Assembly (NCBI GenBank): GCA_051294375.1
Contig: JBJCIZ010000307.1
Coordinates: 1 to 20,898, forward strand
Direction of reading: 5' to 3'
Origin: Paraspadella gotoi
Taxonomy: Eukaryota > Animalia > Chaetognatha
DNA length: 20,898 nucleotides
The position numbers and the translations under genes were made by a program. The notes beneath the pieces were generated by a model. It was not told the origin of the DNA. It saw only the letters and a list, made by a program, of their open reading frames with translations, and made no database searches. Of this stretch, positions 1 through 10,413 are shown in pieces. The stretch's first letter is position 1. Each line of letters opens with the position of its first letter.

Positions 1-1111
1 TTCCTGCGGGGGGCGGATAGTGGCATTTCAGGTAAACGTGAATATCGTTTTACCAAATCCGACAACCTTAGTATTTTTAATTTACCTTTTCGGTTCCATT
101 TTTGGAATTCGAATTGGCCCCGGCGGTGCCGTATTGTTCTCACAATTCGGGCTTCCACTAATATTCACGTTTCCTTTTTTAGTTGGCTACTATTTCAAGG
201 AATTGGGTGTAATATATGTCGAGTTCGAGGTCGGCCTCCGGAGTCAGATCCACCGGCTTTCGCGCTTCGATCTAAGTGGAAAAAGAATTTATTTCTGCTT
301 CAGTTATTTTGTAGTAATTATGCCCGAAGATAGTTTGCCAAAAATCATTTATTGTGTTAGTCAGTTAGTCAGTCAGAAATATTTAGCTCCCTTGGTGTCA
401 TTCCCCCCTGCCTTGTGTCAATTTTTTTATAGGATTCTTTGCATTGTATCTTTTTCAGTTAGCGGGCAAACGTTTTTTAAAGTTAAACGCCAGGATTGGC
501 CTGTTTTTTAGTGTTTTTACGTTTTTTGGATTACGGTTGAAAACGGGTGTAATGATACACGCCGTACTGAGTTATTTTTTGTCTTTCCTATTCGTAGTCA
601 GAGACCTTCGTTTCGGCAATCGTCACACGGCGCTTCGCAACTCAGCAGAAGTTGGTGAGCGGCACCTCCGGCCGTCTCGTGAACCGAGCGAACATAATTG
701 TCTATGTTTATCCTGTTTTTTGGGTGAAAAATTAGTGTTTAGATATACGACAACCGTAGTTTTTAATTACATCACGCACGGTTTTTATAAATAATTATTG
801 TGTAACCCTACTGTTTCGTCTTCAAACATGATAACTTGAAGTACAATCAGCGTGTGGAAGAGGGTTGTCGCCGGTCAGTTTGTCGTCTGCCGTCGTCACC
901 CGTCTGTCCGTTCAACCGCTTGTCAGTATTTTGTCAGTTTTTTGTCAGTTTTTAAGGTATTTTGAGGTATTACAAGTGAGTCCTGGGCGCATTTTTTGCA
1001 TACTCAGCTTTAAATATTCTTCCTTTCTACTTTCCATCCCCCTGCGACCAGATATTTTAGATTGTTATTTCTAGACATGCTCAGGTATTTGGATGCTTTG
1101 GCATGCCAAAT

Positions 1112-1941
1112 AGCGGGGGGTGTTACGAAATAACTATCTTTAATATAACGAGGAAATCCAGCTTCTCTATCTTTTCTCCCAATGCTCTTTTGTTCTTTGT
1201 TACTGGCATCGAAAATGCTTCCATTCTAGCGATCGCCACGACATCTTTAGGCTCTTTCTTTTGTTTATACCTTAGTACAGAATTCCGAAGGCAGTGTACA
1301 GCTGATTCTGATTGGTGCCCGTGATTTCGATAGATTTCGATTAAGATTCTAATCGAATTCTGGCCACGTGGCATCTTCAGATCTCAAAGTTGTCACTGGT
1401 TTTTAGTTCATTTCAGAGCATAGAAACTCTTTATTAGATATCTCGGAATCTTATTTTTTGTGTGATCGCTGGTTTGGTGGACTTTTCTATGAGAGAGCAT
1501 CTCTATTTTTGTATATTATTGGCTTCAGAAACAAGTAAGAAAGACACTTTAAATTATATACATTTGTTGAGTTTGTACTAAATGTTTTGTTATTCCTTGC
1601 CCAGGACTTCTAACTACAGACTCTCTTCTAACTACACCTTCTACTACAGACATTTCGTCAAGTCCTGGGCTTCGTAGATCGTCGTCCTTTCGGCCTTAGC
1701 CGACGTCATCTACCGAGACTTTGTCGTCGTCATCTCCAGGGCGTCTTGACCGGCGCCATCGTCTCTTCTGCGCCATTTTATACCCGATTCCATCTGGTCT
1801 TCAATGCGCAGAATTAGTCCAGTCAGTTAGAATTCAAAGACAGCCACTTCTCCGAACTTAGTTCAATTACAATTAGTATAATGTTGTTCGTTCCTCACTT
1901 TTAGAATTTTAATTAAAGTTAAATTTAGAAATTTTACTACG
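1112..1941 (+). mobile_element. Putative polypurine tract + 3' LTR of a separate plus-strand LTR element
   Basis: AGCGGGGGG is directly followed by TGTTAC at 1121. The block is non-coding, has ATTAAA at ~1912 and ends TACTAC at ~1940, where the Gypsy integrase tail stops. An alternative end is CTACA at ~1618-1648. No second copy is in the window. Confidence 0.35.
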
Positions 1942-1963
1942 CCTTAGTATCGGAGCGGGTTTG

Positions 1964-3216
1964 TCATGACGTTGGGGGCGGGCGACGCGTCCAAGGGCCT
2001 GGGCGTCGACCTGGTGGAGGAGGCGAGGGGGGAGGGGAAGGTTGAGATGCTCTCTCCTCGCTGTCTTCGTCATGCCAAAGAGTCGCTGGCTTTATTCGAG
2101 CTATGGCGATAGTCTCGACGCCGCGGCCGGGAATTTCCACTTTAAAGTTCTGGTTGTCACGTGATATTACTTTGTACGGACCGTGATAAGGCGCTGTCAG
2201 TGGAGGGTGTACTCCTGAGCGTTGAATAAATACATGAGTAGCATCTGACAGTGTTTCTGGTAGATAGAGGCGTGGCATTCGATGCGTCGATGTCTGTGGG
2301 CTGGAGCCGCTCGACTTCGACTCGAAGGTTATTGCGCAGTTGTCGACGTCGATTCTGGAGCTGGTCGTCGTCGATTGGAGGAGGAAGGACGTCTCTGGGG
2401 ACGGCAAGGCCTTCGCTGTAAACCAAGTCGGCTGGGGAAGCTCCGATGTCTGGCTTTATCGTCGTTCTGATTGCCAAGAGGGCCGAGGGCAGCCTCCAGA
2501 ACCATTGGTGAGGTTCGCTGTCGCCGAGCGCTATTAACCCCTCCTTTAGGCGTCGATGGAAGTGTTCGACGAGGCCGTTTGACTGCGGGTGATATGCCGC
2601 CATTTGTTGGTGTTTAATACCCCAGGTTTGGGTTAACTGAGTCCAGATGGCGGTCGAAAATTGGGCGCGGCAGTCAGTCGTAATCGCCGACGGGATACCG
2701 AACTGGGCCATCCAGCCGTGTGCGATAGCGTCGACGACTGAAGTAGTTGACATATCCTTCATGGGGATAGCCGCGGGTCAGCGAGAAAAACGGTCAACAA
2801 TAGTAAGAAGCGGACTAAAACCGTTTGACGTCGGCATGAGGGTTTTGTCCACATTGAGGTGGAGAAATCTTTTTGTAGAGACTTCGAATTCTCCGATATG
2901 TGGAGTCACGTGACGCATTACCTTAGCGAGTTGGCATGAGAGACATTCTCGTGCCCAACGAGTGGCATCTGCCTTTAGTGAGGGCCATACGAACTTAGAG
3001 GCGATCGTCTCCCGGGTTCTGGCGATGCCGGGGTGGCCTAGTCCGTGGATGGCGTCGAATATTTACTTGCGCCAAGATTCAGGCACAAAAGGTCAACAGG
3101 GCCGTTCGAAACGTCGACGACTAGCTTTTGATTTCCAATGGTGACCTTACGGAACTGCAGGCTAGTCCTGGCGTTGGTGGAGAGCTGCTGAAAATCACGA
3201 TCCAGCGCTTGGTGCC
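1964..3216 (-). pseudogene. pol: Pol integrase (HHCC zinc finger, DDE core, GPY/F module), disrupted
   Basis: Manual translation gives IHGLGHPG...WARECLSCQ, HLNVD and TIVDRFSR*PAAIP. The ORF track gives ITTDCRAQF, YHPQSNGLVE and PYHGPYKV. There are three in-frame stops and a frameshift. Confidence 0.93.
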
Positions 3217-4612
3217 GTGGAGGAGGGCTGCATTCGCCAGGGCCTCCTTGATGGCGTCGAAAGAGATTGAACACTTTTCTGACCAGTTCAGCTGTTTGGG
3301 TTTACCGGAGAGAATGTCATACAACGCCGTGGCGTGGTGGGCGGCGTTGGGAATAAACCGGCGGTAATAATTTACCATGCCGAGAAAACGTTGTAATTCC
3401 TTGACGTTTGTAGGCGGGTTAGACTTTCTGGGGTAGAGGCTTCACTCCCGTGGCGTCGACCAGGTATCCCAGGAACTTGAGAGACGGCTGACCTAGGATG
3501 CACTTCTTACAGTTGATTACTAAGCCGTTCTCGGCAAGCGAGTCGAAGACTGTTTGAGGTCCTTCAGATGTTCGTTCTGGTTGACACTGGCAACAGGGAT
3601 GTCGTCCAGGTAGACGTACATGTGCGGTATGTCACCTAGGATTTCGTCCATCATCCGCTGAAAGTCTTGATCTGCGTTTTTCAGGCCAGAAGGTGTACGG
3701 AGAAAGACGAATAATCCAAAAGGCATGATCACGGCCGTTTTCGGTATGTCCTCTTCTGCAATAGGGATCTGGTGATACTCTTTAAGCAGGTCAATCTTCG
3801 AGAATACTTTTTTCCTCGCGAGTTCGGCGTTGAAGTCTGCTAAGAGCTTAACAGGGTACTTGTCGTCTTTCGTGTTGGCGTTTAAGCGACAAAAGTCTCC
3901 GCAGCACCTCCAGCCACCGTCGGCCTTGGGGACACAGAGTAGCGGAGATGACCTTGAGCTTTTAGCCCGCTTGGCGACGCCCAATGCGACGAGTTTTTCT
4001 AACTCTGCCTTCGCGACGGCTAACTTCTCTGGAGGAAGTCGGCGGGCCCTTGCCTGGCAGGGTCTACCGAAGGTCGGGATGTGGTGTTTCACTCCGTGTT
4101 TGGGCGCCTTTATTTCGAAAGTTGGCGTTGCGAGCGTTGGATATTCATCGAGGAGTTGGTAATACACGTTGTTGGACTCCTCGATAAGATTCACGTGGGA
4201 CGGAGCAGTGACTTCTGAGATGTCGCATGAGATTGTTGAAAGGTCTCTTAGATCGAGGAGAGTGCCGTCTCTATGGTTTGGAGCGAGATAGAATTCGGCG
4301 AGAAAGTCTGCTCCTAATATGCTCTGCGTAACATCAGCGGCAATAAAATCGAATGAAAATAGTGTTGTGCCGAGGACTACTCGGCGGCGGACGACGCCGT
4401 AAGAGTTGATGGGTGTACCGTTGGCCGCTTGGAGTTTGGGTTCGACTGGACCTGCAACCCGTTGGGCCGCGGTCGGCGGAACCAACGAGGGCGCCGCCGT
4501 CGCCGAGCCACTTGCGGCCGTCGGTGACATCCTTGACGTGCAAGAGGAAGTTGTTGGGTGAATCTTTTTCAACGCGGGGCACAGCGTTCACCGTCGCTGG
4601 CCCGCTGCATCG
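3217..4612 (-). pseudogene. pol: Pol aspartic protease + reverse transcriptase (frameshifted)
   Basis: Protease: WLGDGGALV, LQAANGTPINSYG, ILGADFL. RT: SSPLLCVPKADGGWRCCGDF, FSKIDL..YHQI, KTAVIMPFGLF, YVYLDD, MVNYYRRFIPN, FDAIKEALANAALLH. Confidence 0.93.
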
Positions 4613-4618
4613 TTTCCC
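4574..4618 (-). promoter_or_regulatory. Programmed -1 ribosomal frameshift signal (gag/pol)
   Basis: G GGA AAC sits in the gag frame, followed by a 6-nt spacer and the hairpin GCGGGC-CAGCG-loop-CGCTG-T-GCCCCGC. The -1 frame is the protease frame (ORF 4334..4591). Confidence 0.75.
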
Positions 4619-5733
4619 GCTGCTGCTCCTTTGCGATCGCAGCGTTCACCTTTTCTGGCGCATCCAGGTTCACAACGAAACGCGGCATCGCCGAATTTGA
4701 GATGCCATCGGCAGATTTGCTTCAGGCGTGCACCTGGGGGTCATGAGCCGGACGACGACCCGCTTGATGCGTTATTACGCCAGTTGCTGAATTGCGTTCG
4801 CTTTTTATCGCGGCGTTGATTATGCACGGCGTTTATCCCGGCGTCATTTACGTCGTCTGACTCGCTGATCGAGGCGTCGGCGTTTTTGTTGGAGGTGGCG
4901 GCGTTAATAGTCGATGACGGCGCCGCGAGAGTTGGCCTGCCTTCCGAGTCGAAAAATTTGTCGGCGGCTTCGGCCAACTGCGCCGCCGTTAATTTGTCAG
5001 CCTTGTCCTCCAGAGATCGCCGAATTTCGATGGGGAGGCCTCTGATCACCGTCTCCTTCTTGACGTCATCTATCGTGACCGACTTGATTTTTTCTTCAAG
5101 CCTTGCCAGGTGTTGCAAAGGATGCAGGCCGTCTTGAGAGATGCTGTCGAGTAGTAGAGAAGCCTGTTGACGACGAGTAGTTCCGTACTCTTTGCGGAGA
5201 TAAGTGGTGAAGGCCGTCCAATTTGCTTCAGTTGGTTCGCCATACAAAAACGCGTTAATGCGTGGATTCACGTCCATGCTGATCTTAGATTCTAGGTGTG
5301 CAAATTTTTCTGTTGCTTCTCTGATATTAGCGCGAATAAACGCAGCCTCGACCCTACGAATCCAGATTTCAATGTTTTTAGGATCAAAGGCTGGAAGCTC
5401 CGGTTTTTTCTTCTTTTCGAGAGCTTTAAGGGCCAATGCCAAGGCTGAGCGGAGTGCCTCGGTCTCGTCGACGCTGGAGGCGGTCGCCATGCCGTTCGTG
5501 GGAGTGAGAGGTGATATACGAGAGGCGAGGGCTCTTGCGTCGGGCGACGTCGGCGGAAAGGCGAAGAATCGGCTGCCTGGTGAAGTCGGCGGAAAAAGAA
5601 ACGCTGGCGCGCCTGAGTTATCGCCTGGTGAAGTTTCTCGAGATGTTCGTCCTCGACCGGCGCTCTTGGGGACCGTTAACGTAGCTTGTTGACACAGTCG
5701 AGATGTCTGACGAGTCTCTTGAGGCTCGCTCAT
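4588..5733 (-). pseudogene. gag: Gag with one premature TGA (4741-4743); frame continues through the CHCC knuckle to a TGA at 4588-4590
   Basis: ORF 4741..5733 contains LPAFDPKNIEIWIRRVEAAF. Reading past the stop in frame gives PPGARLKQICRWHLKFGDAAFRCEPGC...AAAGNDAAGQRR*. Confidence 0.88.
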
Positions 5734-5779
5734 TGATAAATTTTATCGTTCAGATGTACAGAAGGTTGGAATTAATCCG

Positions 5780-5794
5780 ACGTTGGGATCATCA
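5780..5794 (-). promoter_or_regulatory. Degenerate primer-binding site, tRNA-Trp type
   Basis: Minus strand reads CTACA-T-TGATGATCCCAACGT. This matches TGGTGACCCCGACGT at 12/15 (all three differences are transitions), follows an LTR-like ...CA end and lies ~47 nt before the gag ATG. Confidence 0.7.
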
Positions 5795-6793
5795 ATGTAG
5801 ATGGCGGAAATATAACTCACTTTGACGCCATCTAACGTAGACGCGATTTGACGAGCGACTTGGCGACTCCAGAGGCGTCGCTGAAGGTTCCATTTTGCAC
5901 CCCCTGCAGACCTGTCGTTCGTTTGTCATTAGCATGAGGTCGTCCTCCCTCATTAAGTTGGAGCAAATGACACACGGAATTTGTGCCCCTGGGTGATCTT
6001 CAAAAATGTGGCACATGATGCTGCTTCTGCAGTTTATCGATCATGGGAAAATCAGACCGACAAAATGGACAAGCATAAAAATTGAGTGCCGCCTCTTTGA
6101 GTGAGATGCGCCTCAAGTTTGATTTGAATTTTTTTTGAAAATATGTCCATTGTGAATTTTTCAAAAGTGTCTTGACGAATGAACTTTCTTCGAAATCTGT
6201 ATTGAGTGTAACAATTGTATCCTGGCAGTGGTTGTAATTGCAAATAAATGCACTGAATTTTGTGTCATTGACGTTTATGAGCGAACTTAATACAAGGATT
6301 AGTTTTTTGGCCACGAGACAAGTATTTGCCAGATGAATTCCCAGGTTATGGACCTTCATTTTAGTTGTGATTCTAAGGCACATCAAACATATTCTTTTTA
6401 ATAGTTGCATGGCCAAAGTCGGTTTCTCAGGGTCGAACGCCGAAACCAAATTGGCCACAGTTTTGTATTTCTTTTTCCCTTTTGTGTTAGGTTTACCCAG
6501 ACCTTTGATCGTTTTAGGAGCTGCGACGTTGTTCAAGACCGCCGCAAGGGCCTCGAATGGAATCACCCCGCCTAATGCTGTCATTGAAATTGGGACCATC
6601 ATCTGATTATTTGCAGACAAATTGGATTGTTGCAATTGCAAATCTGTTAAGTAAAAATCGAGGTTAGCCTTTTACAACACAAAAAACAGTTAATCAAAAA
6701 AAAAATTTAAAATTTACATTTTACGACTTGGCTTGCCCAGATTGCTTGCTTGTTTAAAAGTGTCGCATTCTGAATCTCATTTGCATATAAGGT
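5792..6793 (-). CDS. Unassigned spliced Cys/His-rich (zinc-finger-like) gene or pseudogene; exons ~6793-6718 and 6643-~5800, frameshift near 6010
   Basis: A 74-nt GT-AG intron (6644-6717) with a CTAAC branch point joins TLYANEIQNATLLNKQAIWASQVVK in phase to ORF 6000..6641. Motifs include CLMC..H..C, CPFC-X12-HH, CVIC and CRGC. Confidence 0.5.
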
Positions 6794-7258
6794 CTAGTCT
6801 GTGAAATCAGTCACAAAATTAAAATTTACTTATAGTTTAATTTCATTTCCTAAATATATTCACTTTTAAAAAAAAATTAACAAAAAAAAAAACGGGTGTA
6901 CATTTCTTAGCTTTGCCTTTAAAAAAAATTACATCTAAATCGTTATAATATTTCTATAGCGAGAGCCAAACTTTGTCAATGGGGTGGGTCAGAAGTTTGG
7001 ATTGGGAACCTTCCCAAATGAAACTTCATACATTTCTGAGAAAGCTTTCAATGGACCAAAATTTTCTAAAATGACGAGAAGCACAAGTAATTATTTTTTA
7101 AAAAATTTATTTATAGATAGGAAATGTGAAAATTTTTTTTAAATTTTGTATTTTTAAAAGCAGATTCAGATAGCTTATTAAAAGTTGTCTACACAAAGTA
7201 TAGTTCTTTTTTCAATATTTTGATATAAGTGGGTCAGAATTGGGAAAAACCTAAAAAA

Positions 7259-7285
7259 ATCATCATCATCATCATCATCATCATC
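7259..7285. repeat. (ATC)n microsatellite
   Basis: About 9 perfect ATC units. Confidence 0.9.
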
Positions 7286-7485
7286 CGATGATTTTAATGT
7301 TTTTGCTAATTTTTAATAATAAAACATCAAAATTTTAAAAAGTTGTAATTACATTTTTTGTTTAACTGTTTGAGCTCTATCAGAATAAATTAAAAAAACT
7401 TAAAATATCTAAAAAACATTTTTAACATTATATAGCAATATAATAATTTTAATGGTTCGGAACATTTTTGAAAAAAAAAAATTTT

Positions 7486-7498
7486 AACACAATAACTA
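7486..7498 (+). repeat. Target-site duplication, left (AACACAATAACTA)
   Basis: The identical 13-mer occurs at 11425-11437. Confidence 0.8.
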
Positions 7499-7531
7499 TA
7501 TTATTTCCTTTCTTTTCGTTGTATTTAATTA

Positions 7532-7663
7532 TTTAGAGAAAACAAAGTTTGTTTGTTTGTAAACAACGATTTTATTCACAATTGGGACATGTTTCGGCTC
7601 TTGCCTTTAACTTCATCAGCGTTTGTTTCATTAACAGGTTTTTTTCTCTCTAACATTGAGTTT

Positions 7664-7697
<34 letters not shown>

Positions 7698-8544
7698 AGA
7701 GAAAGAGAGAAAAATATAAAGCTTCCAACACAGAGTGAAAAGGACAGTGGTCAGATTGAGGACAGGTGAAGGTAAGGGGAGAGAAGAAGAGGAAAGTGGT
7801 TGAAAATGAATGGTGAAATATTGAGAGAGACAGAGGGAGAGAAATAGTTACATTTTTGTAATGTATAACAAATAAATAAATAATAACAGATTTAAAGATT
7901 AAATAACAAATTTAAGGATTAAACTAACATATTTAACTATTTAAGATTGAAATATAGTGGAAAGGAAAGAATATGTGGTTAGGGATAGCTAAGTTACAGA
8001 GGAAGAGAAAATAGAGAGAGAAAGAGCTCAAAATGAGCTGGCCCCCCCCGGCCTGGCAAAAGCAGGACGTTGACGATCTGATCGGGTCATTGACTTGTCA
8101 TAGGTTGAGAGGATATTGTTATGGAACGAGATTGTCCAGGATCTGGTAGCGAGCCGCCTGGAAAGATGCCAATGCCACTCTAATATCTCTCTGTCCTGGT
8201 AAGCCTGCGAAAGCCCTCCTCTCGCCTGACGACGAGGCGGGTAGATGCCTGTTCTGGTCTGCTTTGGTGCAGGAGATACAGACTCCTCTTCCTCCTCCTG
8301 CAGCCGTCGTTTTGGGCGACGCCCAGTGTGAGAAGAGTCACTACCGAGTTGCTGTAGGCTCGGGAGAGGTATCGTGCGTCCATTGCCTGCTGGAGGCCTC
8401 CGCCTGACCCGTTGAGTGGGGACAGGGGAATCACCGTGTGGTTGGGGTGGCACTGGGGCGTTCCACCTCCATTCTGATTAACGAATCATAGCTTGGAGGG
8501 AGGTCGAATCGTCCTCCATCAACGATTCAGAGAGGGCTCGAGGG
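7532..8544 (-). repeat. PLE terminal repeat, native 3' copy (left arm of inverted repeat)
   Basis: Reverse complement of 10414-11426. Both ends match (tttagagaaaac.../...gagggctcgaggg), and the translations 8028..8453(-) and 10435..10869(+) share long identical peptides. Confidence 0.97.
7560..7628 (-). ncRNA. Hammerhead ribozyme candidate, second copy (stem II lacks 2 nt)
   Basis: Minus strand reads CTGATGAAG-TTAAAGGCAAGAGCC-GAAACATGTC; core at 7586-7619. Confidence 0.6.
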
Positions 8545-10413
8545 CTTTATGTAAATCGCCTCTCTATACCTCTAGTGAACCAGTTTTGGTCATGGGACAG
8601 CACGAGACAGTCAGTTTCTCTGAACAGATGGCCAGAGGTTGCCGTGTGCTCGGCAATAGCCGATATGGTAATGACCACGTTGGTCCCGTATGGCTTTGTG
8701 TGCTGTTTGAACCGATCTGCCAGAGACTTTCCTGTCTCGCCCACGTATGCTGCTGTGCAGGGTTGGTTTATCCTTCCCTGCACAGGCCGCCCAATAGACG
8801 GCTCCTGAAGTGTTCTGTCTGGGAATTTTGTCTTTTGGTTTCACCAAATGCTCACGTAAAGAGCCGCGGGCCGTCACTGAGGTGGAGATTCCCTGCTTCT
8901 AAGCACCCGCACCAATGGCTCAGTGATCCCCTGGTGGTAGGGGAGGGAGACATGGCCATCTTTGGAGACGCTTCTGCTTATCTCCCACTTGCGCTGTGTG
9001 GTGGGGCGGTCGGTCCTTCAGCAGCAAGGCCTCGTCTTCCTCCTGGGGGGCGGAGGTTGAACTTGCGTCAGCGGTTACTTGGGCAGCCCCTGGGTGGCCA
9101 CTGCCCTCAGCCTGGTTCAGCCGAACCTTGCTTCTCATAAGCCCACAGAGGTAACCATTGAGCGCCAAGGCTCTTTTGACATGCTCACAGCTCGGCGGCC
9201 TGGAGCTCGGGGGTCGACGGAATCAGAAGAGCTCTTCTGGTAAGGGACTTGACCGTGGCGAGCTTGTGCGACAAGGGAGCATGCGAATCAAAGGGAATGT
9301 ATTGATCGGTATGGGTCGGTTTGCGGTAGACTGAAAATTCCATGAGCCGCCCTCTTTGCGCTGTATGAGCACATCGAGCATTGGAATTTTTCCATTCACC
9401 TCTTTTTTCGCAAGTCCACTTGATGCTTGCTTCAATGCTGTTCAGGTGGGACAATAGGGTATCAACGAGATCCTTCTCACGGCCAGGATGGTATCGTCTG
9501 TTTCCGATACCAGAAGAACTGACTCTGCCCCATGCAGAGATCGAAAAGAAGCCAAAGCTTCCACCTCATAGTCCTCCATATAAAAATCTGCCAGAGGACT
9601 TGAGGTTGATTTGCCCATCCCTAAGCCACCAGGCTGGGCATAATACTGTCCATCAAACCTGAAGTACGCCAGTTCCAGGTCGAGCCGCAACAGTGCCATG
9701 ATATCATCCAATTGGATTGGCGTACGCTCGTGCAATAGCCGGTCTCCCTTCAGGCGGCGTTCTGCGGATGCTAACGCCAGTCCTGAGGGATGTTAGTGAA
9801 CATGCTCTGTAAATCGCACGAGACCAAGAGATGAGTATCGGGCACTTTGATTTGTTGCAACTTTTCTGTCAGATCGAGAGAATTTCTGAGGTGGTGTTGG
9901 TTTCCGACAGAAGAGTTGAGAATTCTTCCCAACTCTTTCGTCATTCCATTAAAATGGAATTGCGGGCAGATACGATCGGGCGCAGCGGTAAACCGGGCTT
10001 ATGGACCTTTGGCTGACCAAAGAAAAGAGGCGGCTGCGTTGAGTCAGGATTGACTCTGTGAAATACTGCCGGGGAACAGTATTCACGTATCTTGCTTGTC
10101 ACGACTGGATCTTTCCTCTGTAAGCAAGAGTAGGATCCTTGTCCAAGGGCTTATACGTTTCCTTGTCCGATAGCATTTTAAGCACCTTGGCTTTGTAGTC
10201 ATGGCGTTCATGACTACCGCAGCTCGCCCTTGTCTGCGGGGTGAACCATGATTGCCTGATTGCGTTTGAGTGAGGCAATGGCCTTGCGTTCACTCTTACC
10301 GACATTGGAAGGTGGCGGAACTCTTTTTGCATTGGAGTATATTTGCCGCCCCTGCCCGAAGGGTAGCCGCCGCTTCGGGTAGTTGATCGAGGAGCCGGGC
10401 TCCCGTTTCAACA
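8028..10413 (-). pseudogene. PLE reverse transcriptase + GIY-YIG endonuclease ORF, many frameshifts, N-terminus missing
   Basis: RT: HPADKG, GQPKVHKPGLPLRPIVS, YFRFDGQYYAQPGGLGMGKSTS, DDT, IPMLDV, SVYRKPTHTDQY. Endonuclease: GAVY..C..C..YVGETGKSLADRFKQH, SAIAEH, LEPSLNR. Confidence 0.93.

Larger units (their letters stand above)
1945..5800 (-). mobile_element. Decayed Ty3/Gypsy LTR retrotransposon, CsRN1/Kabuki-like clade (internal region; intact LTR pair not found)
   Basis: Domain order is gag-PR-RT-(RNase H deleted)-IN. Gag carries C-X2-H-X9-C-X3-C, there is a tRNA-Trp-like PBS, and the ORFs have multiple stops and frameshifts. Confidence 0.93.

Noticed and set aside
34-172. 12-bp inverted repeat AAACGTGAATAT/ATATTCACGTTT
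   Set aside because: Short and AT-rich with no TSD or other support; it could be chance.
20-1074. Hydrophobic plus-strand ORFs as env or membrane proteins
   Set aside because: Hydrophobicity is explained by T-rich DNA; the starts are non-ATG and there are no recognisable motifs.
3830-5692. Plus-strand ORFs antisense to gag/pol
   Set aside because: Shadow frames of GC-rich coding sequence.
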